NCBI GenBank assembly: GCA_963662275.1
Contig: OY759316.1
Location: 1,824,001 to 1,888,000, forward strand
From: Candidatus Cloacimonadales bacterium
Lineage (GTDB): Bacteria; Cloacimonadota; Cloacimonadia; Cloacimonadales; DAONDQ01
Direction: 5' to 3'
Length of the DNA stretch: 64,000 bases
Part shown: positions 50,699 to 60,926 of the stretch, in pieces
How positions within the stretch are numbered: position 1 is the first letter of the stretch
How the letters are laid out: each line of letters begins with the position of its first letter
Translations under genes and position numbers: made by a program
Notes under the pieces: model-generated
What the model was told of the DNA's origin: nothing
Seen by the model: the letters and a program-made list of their open reading frames with translations, nothing else
Databases searched by the model: none

Positions 50699-51967
50699 CT
50701 ACTCGTTTCTTAAACGCTCCATAACATCGTCGTAGAGCTTTTCTGTGGGTCTAACTTCTCCCTCGAGATGATCATCAAAATCAGCTATCATGGAAGAAAC
50801 CAATAATCTCCAAAACCTGATACCTGCTAAATGAGAATGTTGCTGGAATAAATCAAGGACACGTTTTTCGACAGCAGTATCCTCAGGTAGTAAGTCAGAA
50901 GCTTCAGGGAATGCACTTATGTATATTTTTTTTATTTTAATTGCTGCCTCTTGATAGTCTTTTAGCTCAGTTTGTACAGCATCAAGATTCCATATCGTAT
51001 CCAAGGCTCTTGGATATCTATTGTCGTCTGGCTTTCCTATTCTTCCAGATAATGCTCCATATATCACAATTCCAAACTTAGGATCTGAGTAAAAGTCAGG
51101 GGTCGTCGCATATATCAAAAACAAACCAGGAAGAGATTCAATGTTGTTTATTAATGATAATAGATTGTTATGAGCTTCTCTCAATACTGATTGACGCATT
51201 ACTGAATAAGCTTGCTCAGCTTCATCAAATAGGATCAATAATCCCTTGTAACCTGATAATCTGACAAATCCTGCCAATGATTGTAGCATGATCTTAGCAT
51301 TATCTTTTGTAATCAATTTACTAACACCAAATTGCTTTCTATATACTCCAATACTCCCTTCTCCACAAAACCATTGCAGTATTTCACCACGAGCTTGTTC
51401 CACAATGGATTCATCTGGAGCTTCAGGTAAGAACGTTTCCCAATACTTCTTAACCATTTTCTTAAAATCGATATCAATACTATGATCAGCCATTAACTTT
51501 TCAGTTGCCTTTTGGTAGTTATCATAGGATATATTGCTTTCTGTGGAGTGTACTCCTGTCGATAGCCAAGCTAATGATTCTCGAATTACTGTTCCGAATG
51601 GAGCAATTTCATTTATACAGTTACCGGCATAGTACGATGGAGTTGCTACCATCCTTACTATTGCTGCAAAGACACTTTGGAATTTATTTAGAGCTGCGCT
51701 ACTCTTTTCAAGTTCTACATTTGAGACTAGGCAGTTGTTCTGCAAAGCAAGTTCCCTCAACTGGCGGAAAAAATGTGTTTTTCCAGAACCCCAAGAACCA
51801 CTAACAAATCTGATAATGCCATGATTTGACATACCGGAAAAATGGAATCGTTTGATTCCATCCATAATTTTCTCATTACCCACTGAGTATAAATCAACGC
51901 CTTTTTGCGGAGGAATTCCGGTACGTAATGATTCAACTACCTGGGATGCAATATTCTGATTACTCAT
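50699..51967 (-). CDS. DUF2791/BrxD-like P-loop ATPase (first copy)
   Basis: 'VVESLRTGIPP', Walker A 'GSWGSGKTHF', 'GYKGLLILFDEAE', 'ATTPDFY', 'ALSGRI'. Confidence 0.85.
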   Translation of the reverse strand: MSNQNIASQVVESLRTGIPPQKGVDLYSVGNEKIMDGIKRFHFSGMSNHGIIRFVSGSWGSGKTHFFRQLRELALQNNCLVSNVELEKSSAALNKFQSVFAAIVRMVATPSYYAGNCINEIAPFGTVIRESLAWLSTGVHSTESNISYDNYQKATEKLMADHSIDIDFKKMVKKYWETFLPEAPDESIVEQARGEILQWFCGEGSIGVYRKQFGVSKLITKDNAKIMLQSLAGFVRLSGYKGLLILFDEAEQAYSVMRQSVLREAHNNLLSLINNIESLPGLFLIYATTPDFYSDPKFGIVIYGALSGRIGKPDDNRYPRALDTIWNLDAVQTELKDYQEAAIKIKKIYISAFPEASDLLPEDTAVEKRVLDLFQQHSHLAGIRFWRLLVSSMIADFDDHLEGEVRPTEKLYDDVMERLRNE

Positions 51968-52791
51968 AGTTTCTCCTTAAAAATCATAAAACCAATATAT
52001 CCCCGAGCGGCTGCACCACTTAAAAGGATGCCTTGGTTTGTATCTTTTGTTTGTTGCAAATCAATAGCACGACCATCTATTTCAAAAGGACCCTTTTCAG
52101 CTAAGTATGACAGATCAGTAATGAACTCATCCATACGAAATCCCTTGTCTTTCTTTCTTAGAAGCTTGGTTATATCTTTGATTGGTACACTCGAACCATC
52201 CGGCAAGTGTTCTTTATTTATAATGTACTTATAGTTAGCCCGTAATTGTTTGAGAAAATTACTGCCATGAAATCTTCTGCCAAAAACACGAGTATATTCC
52301 TTTCGGATGATTTCAACAACAGCTTCAATATCTGCAGGTATTTCTGCTAATTTACCTTCATTGTCAATAAGTCTCGCCATGCGTTTAGTTTCGAGTATTT
52401 CCAGTCGAAAAAAACCATTTTTGATACCGTATTTAGGATGAGGGCTGTTCACATCCAACAAAATTCTGGATGATTTACACGCTTCATCAAGTAGCGACGG
52501 ATAACGCCTAAATATCCTATCCGCATCTTCTTTCGCAAGTCGGTATGCCTCTTCTAAATAATTCAGTTCAAGAGGTTTATCCAACCGCATCTTTTTTAGT
52601 CGTTCTGCTTCACGATCAGCCAATGTTAAGAAGTGCATTGACCACCCCTTAGACAGACAATCTAACAAATCGGTGAATAACCGCTCTCTTTTAAAGGTCT
52701 CCTCAGTTTCAGCTTTTAGCTTTTGGTATTGTTCACTTAAACTATTCTTAAGCTGTCGTACTGAGTTAATAATGTCATTATTAAACTCCAT
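51964..52791 (-). CDS. hypothetical protein (coiled-coil N-terminus), first gene of the ATPase-ATPase-helicase module
   Basis: 275 aa; overlaps the brxL stop by 11 nt and the next gene by ATGA; no family recognised. Confidence 0.7.
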   Translation of the reverse strand: MEFNNDIINSVRQLKNSLSEQYQKLKAETEETFKRERLFTDLLDCLSKGWSMHFLTLADREAERLKKMRLDKPLELNYLEEAYRLAKEDADRIFRRYPSLLDEACKSSRILLDVNSPHPKYGIKNGFFRLEILETKRMARLIDNEGKLAEIPADIEAVVEIIRKEYTRVFGRRFHGSNFLKQLRANYKYIINKEHLPDGSSVPIKDITKLLRKKDKGFRMDEFITDLSYLAEKGPFEIDGRAIDLQQTKDTNQGILLSGAAARGYIGFMIFKEKL

Positions 52792-54868
52792 GTTTTGCTC
52801 CGTCTATTTGTAATTCATGCTGTTTTACATACGTCACTTCAAAAGCCCGACAAAGTCTATACCTTTGATTTCTGTTAGTAATCGCAAAGGCATCTTTGTA
52901 ATCATACTGCTGAAAGATGTCGAGTCCTCTACCAAGGATTATCTTCCAGCCTGTATCAGTTTGGATGTAGCGGTCATGTATGGATTCATCGTATTCATAC
53001 GTGAAGAGGATACCCATTGCGATACATGACTCCTGGATTTGTTTAAGGAAAGAATCCTGCTGAGAATCGTCAAAGTCACTGGGTTTGGTTAACAGGTGCA
53101 CTTCAACCTCATCAGCATCTGATTTTCCGAGAGCAATAGTCTCCATCAGTTCCATCAGGTTCTTGGACTGATAGAAGGCACTGATGTAGGGGTCTTTGAT
53201 TTCTAACTTAGTTGCTCCCTCCAGATACTTCCCGAAAAGCTTCTTATAAGATATTCCACTTTGGTTCTCTTTGATGACTATATTCCCTGCTTTGAGAATA
53301 AGCGTTTCTGGCGCATCTTTCTGCTTGGGTTGAGTATTTTCACCAGATACGGGTTCAGTCGCCAAAATGGGCGTTAAATCGTCCTCTGTTTCGGGAATTT
53401 GAGCATTATAGTAAAGCGGATATTGAATCTCCTCTGTGGTTTTCACAAAATACAGCTTTTGCTCTTTATCAGAATAGGCAAAACGCACCGGTTCATAAGT
53501 GGTGTCAATTCGCATAAGCTGGTCTTTGACTCGTTTCCTGCCTTCCATAGAAAATTGAAGTAATTCTTCAATTTCTTCCTTTGAAGCTTTTTGATTGGGA
53601 TAGATAACTTTCATCAACCCGGAGAATGTCTTTTGCACACCATCCCGGTCACGAGTCGAGATATCTGAAACGAGATCAAAGTGCTCTTTATACAATTGCG
53701 AATAATCAGAATTACGAAAAGCTCTTAGTATCTCTGCCAGATAATCCACTACAAACCCATAACCATCAGAGAACATCTCTCCTCTGATTATTGGCACTTC
53801 CCAACCGGGCAGATAGCCATGCAACCTATCAAGAAAGGCTGAATCATAGTACTTTTCGGGCAGCTCGTCAAACAGGTCAGAGTTCTTCAGCATGTAAGCT
53901 ACATTATGGCGTGTATTGCCCACAAATGTCATCGAAGCTTCTGCACCCAAGGTTTCGATACCTCTGGAGAAGGTCTTATTTGCCATATAGTTTTTCATGA
54001 TGTCCACTAAGGCTTTATCCACCGTCTTTTTCTTTCCGGCAAATTCATCAAAGGCAACCACATCCCAATAGCCTACCAGTCCGATTCTGCCATTGGAGTT
54101 ATTCACGAATAGCTTAGGAACAGACACTTCTCCACCTGAGATCAAAATCCCATGAGGAGAGAACTCAGAATAGATATGTGATTTTCCGGTACCCTTAGGT
54201 CCAAGCTCTATTAGGTTATAGTTTCTTTCACAATACGGCACCAGACGTGTAAGCTGCATTAGCTTCAATCTGCGGCTCATGGTTTCAGGGTTGAAGCCGA
54301 TACTCTGGATTAGCAGGTCTATCCACTCATCAGAAGTAAATTCTGTCCGCTTTTCCAGGAAGGCATCCATATCAAATTTGGATAGCTGCACTGGCTTTAT
54401 GGAACTCATTATCCAAGGGACGCTGTTCTTATCCTCAGTATAAACGTATTCAAGCTCTGAGATGCACCAGACACCGCTCACTAAGAGCTTCGGGTGCTTC
54501 TTTATAGTGTCAGAATCAACTACGACCTTACTGATACCCAGGCTGGAAAATGAAGCTTCATAACAGTCGTTTTTATCATTCAAAGATACGGAAATTTTAT
54601 CTATGACTTTATGCCTGCCCTTTTCCTTGATGATGGATTTGATAAGACCAGCTTCATTGCGATGCACATAATGCTTGGCAAGGATATCTTTGACTGTGTC
54701 GATGCCTGCCAAGATAGTCGCTTCGTCAGATGATGCACAGTATTGCCCAAGAAGGTATTCCAAAACGTATGTCGGGACAATTGCATTACCCTTTACGGTT
54801 TTGACTAAGTCTTTCCTGACTACCAAGCCCTGAAAGTGTTCATTGATTTTCTCATCCAATTTGGTCAT
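52781..54868 (-). CDS. brxL: BrxL-like AAA+ protein with a C-terminal MIT_C/PLD-like domain instead of a Lon protease domain
   Basis: 'VPTYVLEYLLGQYC', 'ELGPKGTGKSH', 'VAFDE', 'AFLDRLH'; tail 'IKDPYI...SIHDRYIQTDTGWKIILGRGLDIFQ'; probable ATG at 54868. Confidence 0.85.
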   Translation of the reverse strand: MTKLDEKINEHFQGLVVRKDLVKTVKGNAIVPTYVLEYLLGQYCASSDEATILAGIDTVKDILAKHYVHRNEAGLIKSIIKEKGRHKVIDKISVSLNDKNDCYEASFSSLGISKVVVDSDTIKKHPKLLVSGVWCISELEYVYTEDKNSVPWIMSSIKPVQLSKFDMDAFLEKRTEFTSDEWIDLLIQSIGFNPETMSRRLKLMQLTRLVPYCERNYNLIELGPKGTGKSHIYSEFSPHGILISGGEVSVPKLFVNNSNGRIGLVGYWDVVAFDEFAGKKKTVDKALVDIMKNYMANKTFSRGIETLGAEASMTFVGNTRHNVAYMLKNSDLFDELPEKYYDSAFLDRLHGYLPGWEVPIIRGEMFSDGYGFVVDYLAEILRAFRNSDYSQLYKEHFDLVSDISTRDRDGVQKTFSGLMKVIYPNQKASKEEIEELLQFSMEGRKRVKDQLMRIDTTYEPVRFAYSDKEQKLYFVKTTEEIQYPLYYNAQIPETEDDLTPILATEPVSGENTQPKQKDAPETLILKAGNIVIKENQSGISYKKLFGKYLEGATKLEIKDPYISAFYQSKNLMELMETIALGKSDADEVEVHLLTKPSDFDDSQQDSFLKQIQESCIAMGILFTYEYDESIHDRYIQTDTGWKIILGRGLDIFQQYDYKDAFAITNRNQRYRLCRAFEVTYVKQHELQIDGAKHGV

Positions 54869-54881
54869 GTTTACCCCTTGA

Positions 54882-57377
54882 TTAAAAATCAAAATCCGAT
54901 GTGAAAGAGCGTCTCAAAGTATAGCTCTCGGTTTTGTATATCTGGAATTTGTTTGTTCCCGGTATCGGTTTTTCCAGCCTTAGGATTACATCCTGATTAT
55001 TAGCTTTTTCTGCCTTTCTTGACAGCATCAGCTTACAGGTTATTTCTCGTTCTCTGGGACTATCAGATGTGTAATTAAACGAGATATTCTTTTCTTCTGA
55101 AATCAACTCATCTTGCTGATTGTAAATCCCAATCCGCAGATTAATAGGCTGCAATTTATCGCTAATCGGTTCTTTCTGGTAGAGATTTATGACTAACTGC
55201 CCGGCTGAGATGATCCTTCCACTACTGCTAATGATCTCGACAGTAACAAAATCGACATCACTTACCCGTTTTTTATTGATCTTCAGCACAGGGATAGTGA
55301 TTTCCTGTAATGATGCTCCACCATGCACATACCTACTGCCGGAGCCACTCAACCTCATTCTTTGATTCCCTCTCGGAATGAGAGCTTCTATAGAACCATC
55401 TAAGCCCAATTGCTTTGACTTGAAGTGGATTAAAGAAGGATTAGCTTTCAATTCCTTTCCCAAGATAAAGCGTCTATCTTTATACAAGACTTGTCCTGAG
55501 ATTGTATCCTCACTCAGGAAGTCACTGGTATCCAGTTCACTATGTTGGTAGAGGAAACCATGATCAGCAGTAATTATGATATTGTTGGCATTGCCGGAAG
55601 TAAGCTTACGAACCACATCTATCAGCTCATATAGAGAGGCTTCCACCGCTTCAAAGACCTTTGTTTCAGTAGGCAGTTTATCACCCATAGCATCAATTCT
55701 ATTATGATAGATATAAATTACATCATATTCCCGATAGAGCTTCTTGCTTTCATCCGAAGTCTTTGCCAAAACCTCATCAACAGTCATAATCAGCGTTCTC
55801 TTGGGAAGGTATTTGTCCATTATCTTTGCCCGATTCTCTCTTCCACTGCTATTCATGCCATCTACTATTACGTTCCCGGTCACATCATCAGAAATAGATA
55901 ACAACTGATGCGGTAGCAGAGCAGCCATTCCCAGTTGAGTATAGCTCGGAATCATACCCAGCGTAGCTTCTAATTCAGCTTCATATCTATCTTCCTGACG
56001 GATCAGGCTCATCAATTCAGTGGCTATTTCATAACGCAGAGCATCAGAGATTATCACGAATATCTTTTTGTTTGTCTCCAGATATGGAGTAATCTGCCTT
56101 TTCCAGAAACTGCTTTGAGGATAACTCTCAGTAGATCTCCATTCATTAGCATGATATACCTGCTCTGACCATAATGTGTTTAGCTTGAGCAGATACTCAT
56201 TTACATACTTGTTTTCAATCTGCTCATACAGATCGTTTAGTAAAGTTCGTTGTTTAGCCTGGCTGAAATGATAGATAAACTTACGATAGAAGAAGTCAAT
56301 TTTATACCACTCAGAGGTATAATATCGGATTCCATCCTGCATAGAATTGATTTGATAAAAGCTTGTTTTGATTAATGTCAGGAACTTAGCTGCCGCATCA
56401 AGGCAATCGTATTCATTGGAATAATCATCATACCAATGACTCATCATTCGCTGTCTTATTATAACCTCAGTTTCTCCTGTGGTAATAGTACCTTCATTAA
56501 TGAATTTGGTCAGCTCTGAGAGGATTTTACGTTCGATTAGTTCAAAGTAGTCAATGTCCAGCAGTTCTTTCAGTCCTCTTTTGTTTAGGTCGTTTTCTAT
56601 TCCTAACCATTCAGAGCAGTTTTCAGATAGAACTCTGAAAGCTCTTTTATGATGGATATTATCTTTCCATCGCTTTAGCAGGTAGATGGCTTCTATATTC
56701 AGCTTGGCTTTTTCATCAAATCCGGACTGGTAACATGCCTTGAAAAGCTCATAGGTAAAGTCTTTCACACTCGATTCACCGGACTCATAAGCAAGTAGCT
56801 TTTTTATCTGTTCCCATAAGAAAGTGCCGAGTTTGGCTTTTTGTATGAGGTTGTACTTCTCGCTTTTACTCAAAGCACATTCAGATAGCAGATTCATGAT
56901 TACTTCATCCCATCTGGCATCAGAACCGGCACACACAGCCAGCATTTTCCACATAATCTTGTTTTCTGTATCATCTGCAGAGAGCATCTTCTTGAGAGCT
57001 TCTATTCGTTTTGCTGAGGTAAAGAACTCCGTATGTTGTCTGGGAATATCAATAAACTCACGTCCCAATCCAAGTTCTGAAAGCCATAATGAAGGTTGGT
57101 CTATCTTTAGCTCTGCATTTGACAGCAGGATATCAGCCAACCAGTTTTCTTCAATAGAAGGTTTTATTCCTGCATTATACAATAGAAACTTGGCTTCTGG
57201 TTCGGATATCAGGACTCTGTACTTGATTCCATACTCGTTATTATCGATTACGATTCTTTGGATATCAGGTAAGTCAAAAGTATCAAAGTCAAAACGAAAT
57301 TCTTGATTCTCATCATACCAGAAGATGATGCGATGCTTGTCAAAGTGGCTTTTGATGATATTGGTTATTCTATCCAC
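54882..57377 (-). CDS. pglZ: BREX-1 PglZ (alkaline-phosphatase fold)
   Basis: 'RIIFWYD', 'IISDALRYE', 'PSYTQLGMAALLP', 'TADHGF', 'YVHGGASLQE'. Confidence 0.93.
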   Translation of the reverse strand: MDRITNIIKSHFDKHRIIFWYDENQEFRFDFDTFDLPDIQRIVIDNNEYGIKYRVLISEPEAKFLLYNAGIKPSIEENWLADILLSNAELKIDQPSLWLSELGLGREFIDIPRQHTEFFTSAKRIEALKKMLSADDTENKIMWKMLAVCAGSDARWDEVIMNLLSECALSKSEKYNLIQKAKLGTFLWEQIKKLLAYESGESSVKDFTYELFKACYQSGFDEKAKLNIEAIYLLKRWKDNIHHKRAFRVLSENCSEWLGIENDLNKRGLKELLDIDYFELIERKILSELTKFINEGTITTGETEVIIRQRMMSHWYDDYSNEYDCLDAAAKFLTLIKTSFYQINSMQDGIRYYTSEWYKIDFFYRKFIYHFSQAKQRTLLNDLYEQIENKYVNEYLLKLNTLWSEQVYHANEWRSTESYPQSSFWKRQITPYLETNKKIFVIISDALRYEIATELMSLIRQEDRYEAELEATLGMIPSYTQLGMAALLPHQLLSISDDVTGNVIVDGMNSSGRENRAKIMDKYLPKRTLIMTVDEVLAKTSDESKKLYREYDVIYIYHNRIDAMGDKLPTETKVFEAVEASLYELIDVVRKLTSGNANNIIITADHGFLYQHSELDTSDFLSEDTISGQVLYKDRRFILGKELKANPSLIHFKSKQLGLDGSIEALIPRGNQRMRLSGSGSRYVHGGASLQEITIPVLKINKKRVSDVDFVTVEIISSSGRIISAGQLVINLYQKEPISDKLQPINLRIGIYNQQDELISEEKNISFNYTSDSPREREITCKLMLSRKAEKANNQDVILRLEKPIPGTNKFQIYKTESYTLRRSFTSDFDF

Positions 57378-57385
57378 TTTAGTTC

Positions 57386-60300
57386 CTACTCCTCGCTCTT
57401 ATCCAGCCCAGGAATCTTCTTCAAGGCAGTACCGAATTTAGCATAGTTCACTTTCACTCCATCGTCCAGATCTATTTCTATCTTGGCAGCAGCCAGGTTG
57501 AAGATAACATTTCTTTCCCAGTTTTCGAGTTCAAGGATAGTAGCGGTGATCTTTTCCAGTTCTTTGCCTGCGATGATTTTATCTCTCTGGCAAGTGGAAG
57601 AGCTGATAATCTGATGTTCAAGATCAGCTTTCTTGGCATTGAGCTTAACCACAAATTCCCTTAAGTAATCGTTCAGGATAATTGAAGCCGTGTCAGGTGT
57701 GTAGCGGTGCATATAGATCAGGGCATTAAAACTGTCTTTGGGGCTGCTGAACAGCCAATAAATAGGTCTCTTCTTATAGCGTTTGATGTGGTCATTATAG
57801 AAATCCTTTAGGAAGTAGGAGCGCAGATCTTTGCCAATAGCTTCTTCAATGAACTGCAGATTCTGGCTGAAATTACTGTATCCAAAAGTAACCTTCAGGA
57901 ATTCCTTAAATCTCTCTACGATATCATCGGTAAACCACTCACCATCCAGAATGGGAATTACGTTGTCCTTATCCGGTATGAAGCTTGGATTAGGGACTTG
58001 CTTCAGATAATCATCTATAGTCTCTCCCTGATTAGCAAGGATCAACCCCGGCTTGTCTATTGAATATCTGCCAAGCATACATCCTAGAGCATAGGAAATA
58101 TACTCCTTCATAGTGTCGGATAGTAAGTCTGCTTCTAACTTTTCGTTTAAGGGAAATTCCTCTTTGAATTCTTGATTTGCTTCTTTAGAATAGCGATAGT
58201 AAGGATTGCAAGTAAGAGTGATTTCTTTGAGTGGAACGTCGGGAGAAAATTCGTTCTGTAGACCATATGCTTCTATGAAGATGCCGTTATTCTCTTCTTC
58301 TAAGCAATGCATTTCGATAGTATTATCTATCCATTGCTTTCTAAGATCAAAGTAAACTTCTTTTACAGACATTTGATCTAAATTCAACATCATTAAAAGA
58401 GGTGATCTTGTAAAGTTCCAGGAGGTTTCAAATGAATCCCAGTCTTGCTTAGAGACATTTAATAATAAATTGCTTAAATGGTCTATATTCCTTTTATTGA
58501 CTATGATTTTACTCTCTAACCATGGCAACGAGCCAACATTACCTACCTGAAAATTAAGAGTGGGATTAAGTATTTTCAAGAAGTTGAAGACTAATTTAGA
58601 GCACAAATAGGCAGACAATACCAATTGATAATCAGCTTTTTTTAAAAATGCTGAGCACCCCCCCATATCAAACAAAAACCCCGGATCAGATACTCTGACT
58701 CCAAAATAAGAAGAGCTCACGAACGACCATGTAATCGATTCTTTGTAATAGAAATTTTGAGACCTAGCAAAAGCCCTGCCGTTCGTAATTACATCATATC
58801 CATCATTTCCCCAATTGATAACGTACTCATTGTTGCCAAACCATTTTCGAAAAGAGCCTCCTTTGTTGTAAGGAAACCACTTATTTTTGCTTAAGATAGC
58901 GTCATTTTTACATGTATAACCGAATCCTGTTTTGGCATGACTCACCTCAAACCATAGTCTCAAAAATTGATCATTATCTCCCGTAGTCATACCACATACA
59001 ACGTTAGCAATATCAGATACTTTATCGGAATTTGCATAAATACTTCTAACTCTTTCGCTGACCCAATATGCTATAGGTGTTCCAGGAATATTAATAAAGT
59101 CAGAAGAAGAAGCCACAGCTAATCGACTGTTTTTGACTGGAAATTCTTTCGGAGTATTATTTTCATCTAAATCTTGGCAACTTAAATAGGAATAAGACCC
59201 TTTGAAGTTTGGATTTAAGAACTTTTGCCAAACTGTTGCAGATGTTCCAAAAGCTATACCCATAACCATATTATCCATGTGAACCATGCATTCAATAGTG
59301 TAATTATCTAAGAGATGACTTCTAAGTTTTTCGTATGAAGAAAGAAACATCCAACTTTGCATTGTTACTAATGCACAAAAGCCTCTATCTAAAACAAGTT
59401 CCAAACAGCGTTGAATAAACATTGCAAACAAATCTGATTTAGCTAACGGATAATTAGTTTTGGCAAAATCACTCAAGGTGTTATTCATCCCCTTACTTCC
59501 CATGTAAGGAGGATTTGTGACTACGATATGGTATTTGGAATTGAGATAATCTGCTTGTCTCAGGATTTTTACCACTGCTTTATGGGTTCCATAATACTCA
59601 GTATCATTGACTATCTCATTGTTATCTATTAACATGTTATAAGTTTCAACAACGTTGGTATCAGCAGGTACAATCAAAGAACCATATGTATTCGTTTCAG
59701 TAAATTGTTTCAGAGTGGTTTCCAGCTTTGCTGAAAAGACATCGTAACCAATCTTACGCATGTATTTATCAAGTTCATCTTCTGCTATGCTAACACTCGC
59801 CAAGACGCAAATGTTAGGTTCAATCTTCCGATTAAACCACAGCTTATCTTTGGCACGTGCTTTCATTGTCAATGCAAAGGCAGCCAATTCGCCAGCACGT
59901 TCATCGATTTCTATTCCAAAGAGATTGTTCTTAATGATCAATTGAGGAATCTCTACCAGATTAAAGCCATCTTCTTCATACATCGCATAGAGCAAGTCAA
60001 AAGCATAAGTAAGAACATGACCGCTCCCACTACAAGGGTCACAGAAACGAATCTCTTGTGGAGTATTTATTTTATGATAAGCAGTTTCAGATTGCTCTGC
60101 CTTTATGTAGTAACGCATGTTTTCCGATAAACTTGAATTCGCATGATTCAGTATCCACAATCTACCCAATGAATTCTCAACCATGAATCGTACAATCCAA
60201 TGGGGAGTAAATATCTGAGTGGCAGAAGGGATATCTTCGCTTTTTATCTTAATATTCTTACTTAAATCTTTAAAGACCTCGTCTTTCTTTTCTGAAATAT

Positions 60301-60913
60301 AGTATTGATACAGCCAGCCAATGACTTCGACATCTTTGCAATTGTCTTGAGTCATAGCTTCGCAGATAATAGTCAGAATGGAATTACTACTCAGCAGGTC
60401 ATCCGGCATCAATAGCTCTGTCCAGTCCGCTATCCTTTCAAAGAGGAAAGGCATTATTAGGGCATAGTAGTTACAGGAAGCCATGATCAGGATACGGTAA
60501 GCTTCACTTTGAGGGTCTTCATGTTTTGCTGTTCCAGAAAGTAAATCATACACTTTTTGTTGGTTATCTTTGGTAACCATATCTTCATCGATATGACCCA
60601 TTTTAGCTTCTGCCAGTATCTCGGGCTGAGATTGACCCGGCAGAGGAGATAAAATACCTATCCGGGTATAACGGTTTACATCCATAAAACGCAAGGCACA
60701 GAAGCGGTTGAACCATGTATAGGCGACCTTGTCGATTAAGAGGTCTTTACTCTTAAGCCTTTTAAGCTCTTCTTCTAATGCCAGAACTTGTTTGGAATTG
60801 CGCCTTCTTTCATCACTCCCATCTGCCAATACTTTATCCAGCTTGATTCTAACCTGCTCCAGCAGATAACGACGTGCATACTTAGCAAAGCGTTCGAGTT
60901 TTGATGTATCCAT
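57386..60913 (-). CDS. pglX: BREX-1 adenine methyltransferase PglX
   Basis: 'VAYTWFNRFCALRFM', 'ATQIFTPHWIV', 'DPCSGSGH', 'TNPPY', 'YKKRPIYW', 'DLDDGVKVNY'. Confidence 0.94.
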   Translation of the reverse strand: MDTSKLERFAKYARRYLLEQVRIKLDKVLADGSDERRRNSKQVLALEEELKRLKSKDLLIDKVAYTWFNRFCALRFMDVNRYTRIGILSPLPGQSQPEILAEAKMGHIDEDMVTKDNQQKVYDLLSGTAKHEDPQSEAYRILIMASCNYYALIMPFLFERIADWTELLMPDDLLSSNSILTIICEAMTQDNCKDVEVIGWLYQYYISEKKDEVFKDLSKNIKIKSEDIPSATQIFTPHWIVRFMVENSLGRLWILNHANSSLSENMRYYIKAEQSETAYHKINTPQEIRFCDPCSGSGHVLTYAFDLLYAMYEEDGFNLVEIPQLIIKNNLFGIEIDERAGELAAFALTMKARAKDKLWFNRKIEPNICVLASVSIAEDELDKYMRKIGYDVFSAKLETTLKQFTETNTYGSLIVPADTNVVETYNMLIDNNEIVNDTEYYGTHKAVVKILRQADYLNSKYHIVVTNPPYMGSKGMNNTLSDFAKTNYPLAKSDLFAMFIQRCLELVLDRGFCALVTMQSWMFLSSYEKLRSHLLDNYTIECMVHMDNMVMGIAFGTSATVWQKFLNPNFKGSYSYLSCQDLDENNTPKEFPVKNSRLAVASSSDFINIPGTPIAYWVSERVRSIYANSDKVSDIANVVCGMTTGDNDQFLRLWFEVSHAKTGFGYTCKNDAILSKNKWFPYNKGGSFRKWFGNNEYVINWGNDGYDVITNGRAFARSQNFYYKESITWSFVSSSYFGVRVSDPGFLFDMGGCSAFLKKADYQLVLSAYLCSKLVFNFLKILNPTLNFQVGNVGSLPWLESKIIVNKRNIDHLSNLLLNVSKQDWDSFETSWNFTRSPLLMMLNLDQMSVKEVYFDLRKQWIDNTIEMHCLEEENNGIFIEAYGLQNEFSPDVPLKEITLTCNPYYRYSKEANQEFKEEFPLNEKLEADLLSDTMKEYISYALGCMLGRYSIDKPGLILANQGETIDDYLKQVPNPSFIPDKDNVIPILDGEWFTDDIVERFKEFLKVTFGYSNFSQNLQFIEEAIGKDLRSYFLKDFYNDHIKRYKKRPIYWLFSSPKDSFNALIYMHRYTPDTASIILNDYLREFVVKLNAKKADLEHQIISSSTCQRDKIIAGKELEKITATILELENWERNVIFNLAAAKIEIDLDDGVKVNYAKFGTALKKIPGLDKSEE

Positions 60914-60926
60914 ATTTTCTGCCCCT

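Noticed and set aside
47395..52791. Canonical Shango system
   Set aside because: The first gene is short and shows no TerB-like features I can recognise, and there are two ATPases rather than one.
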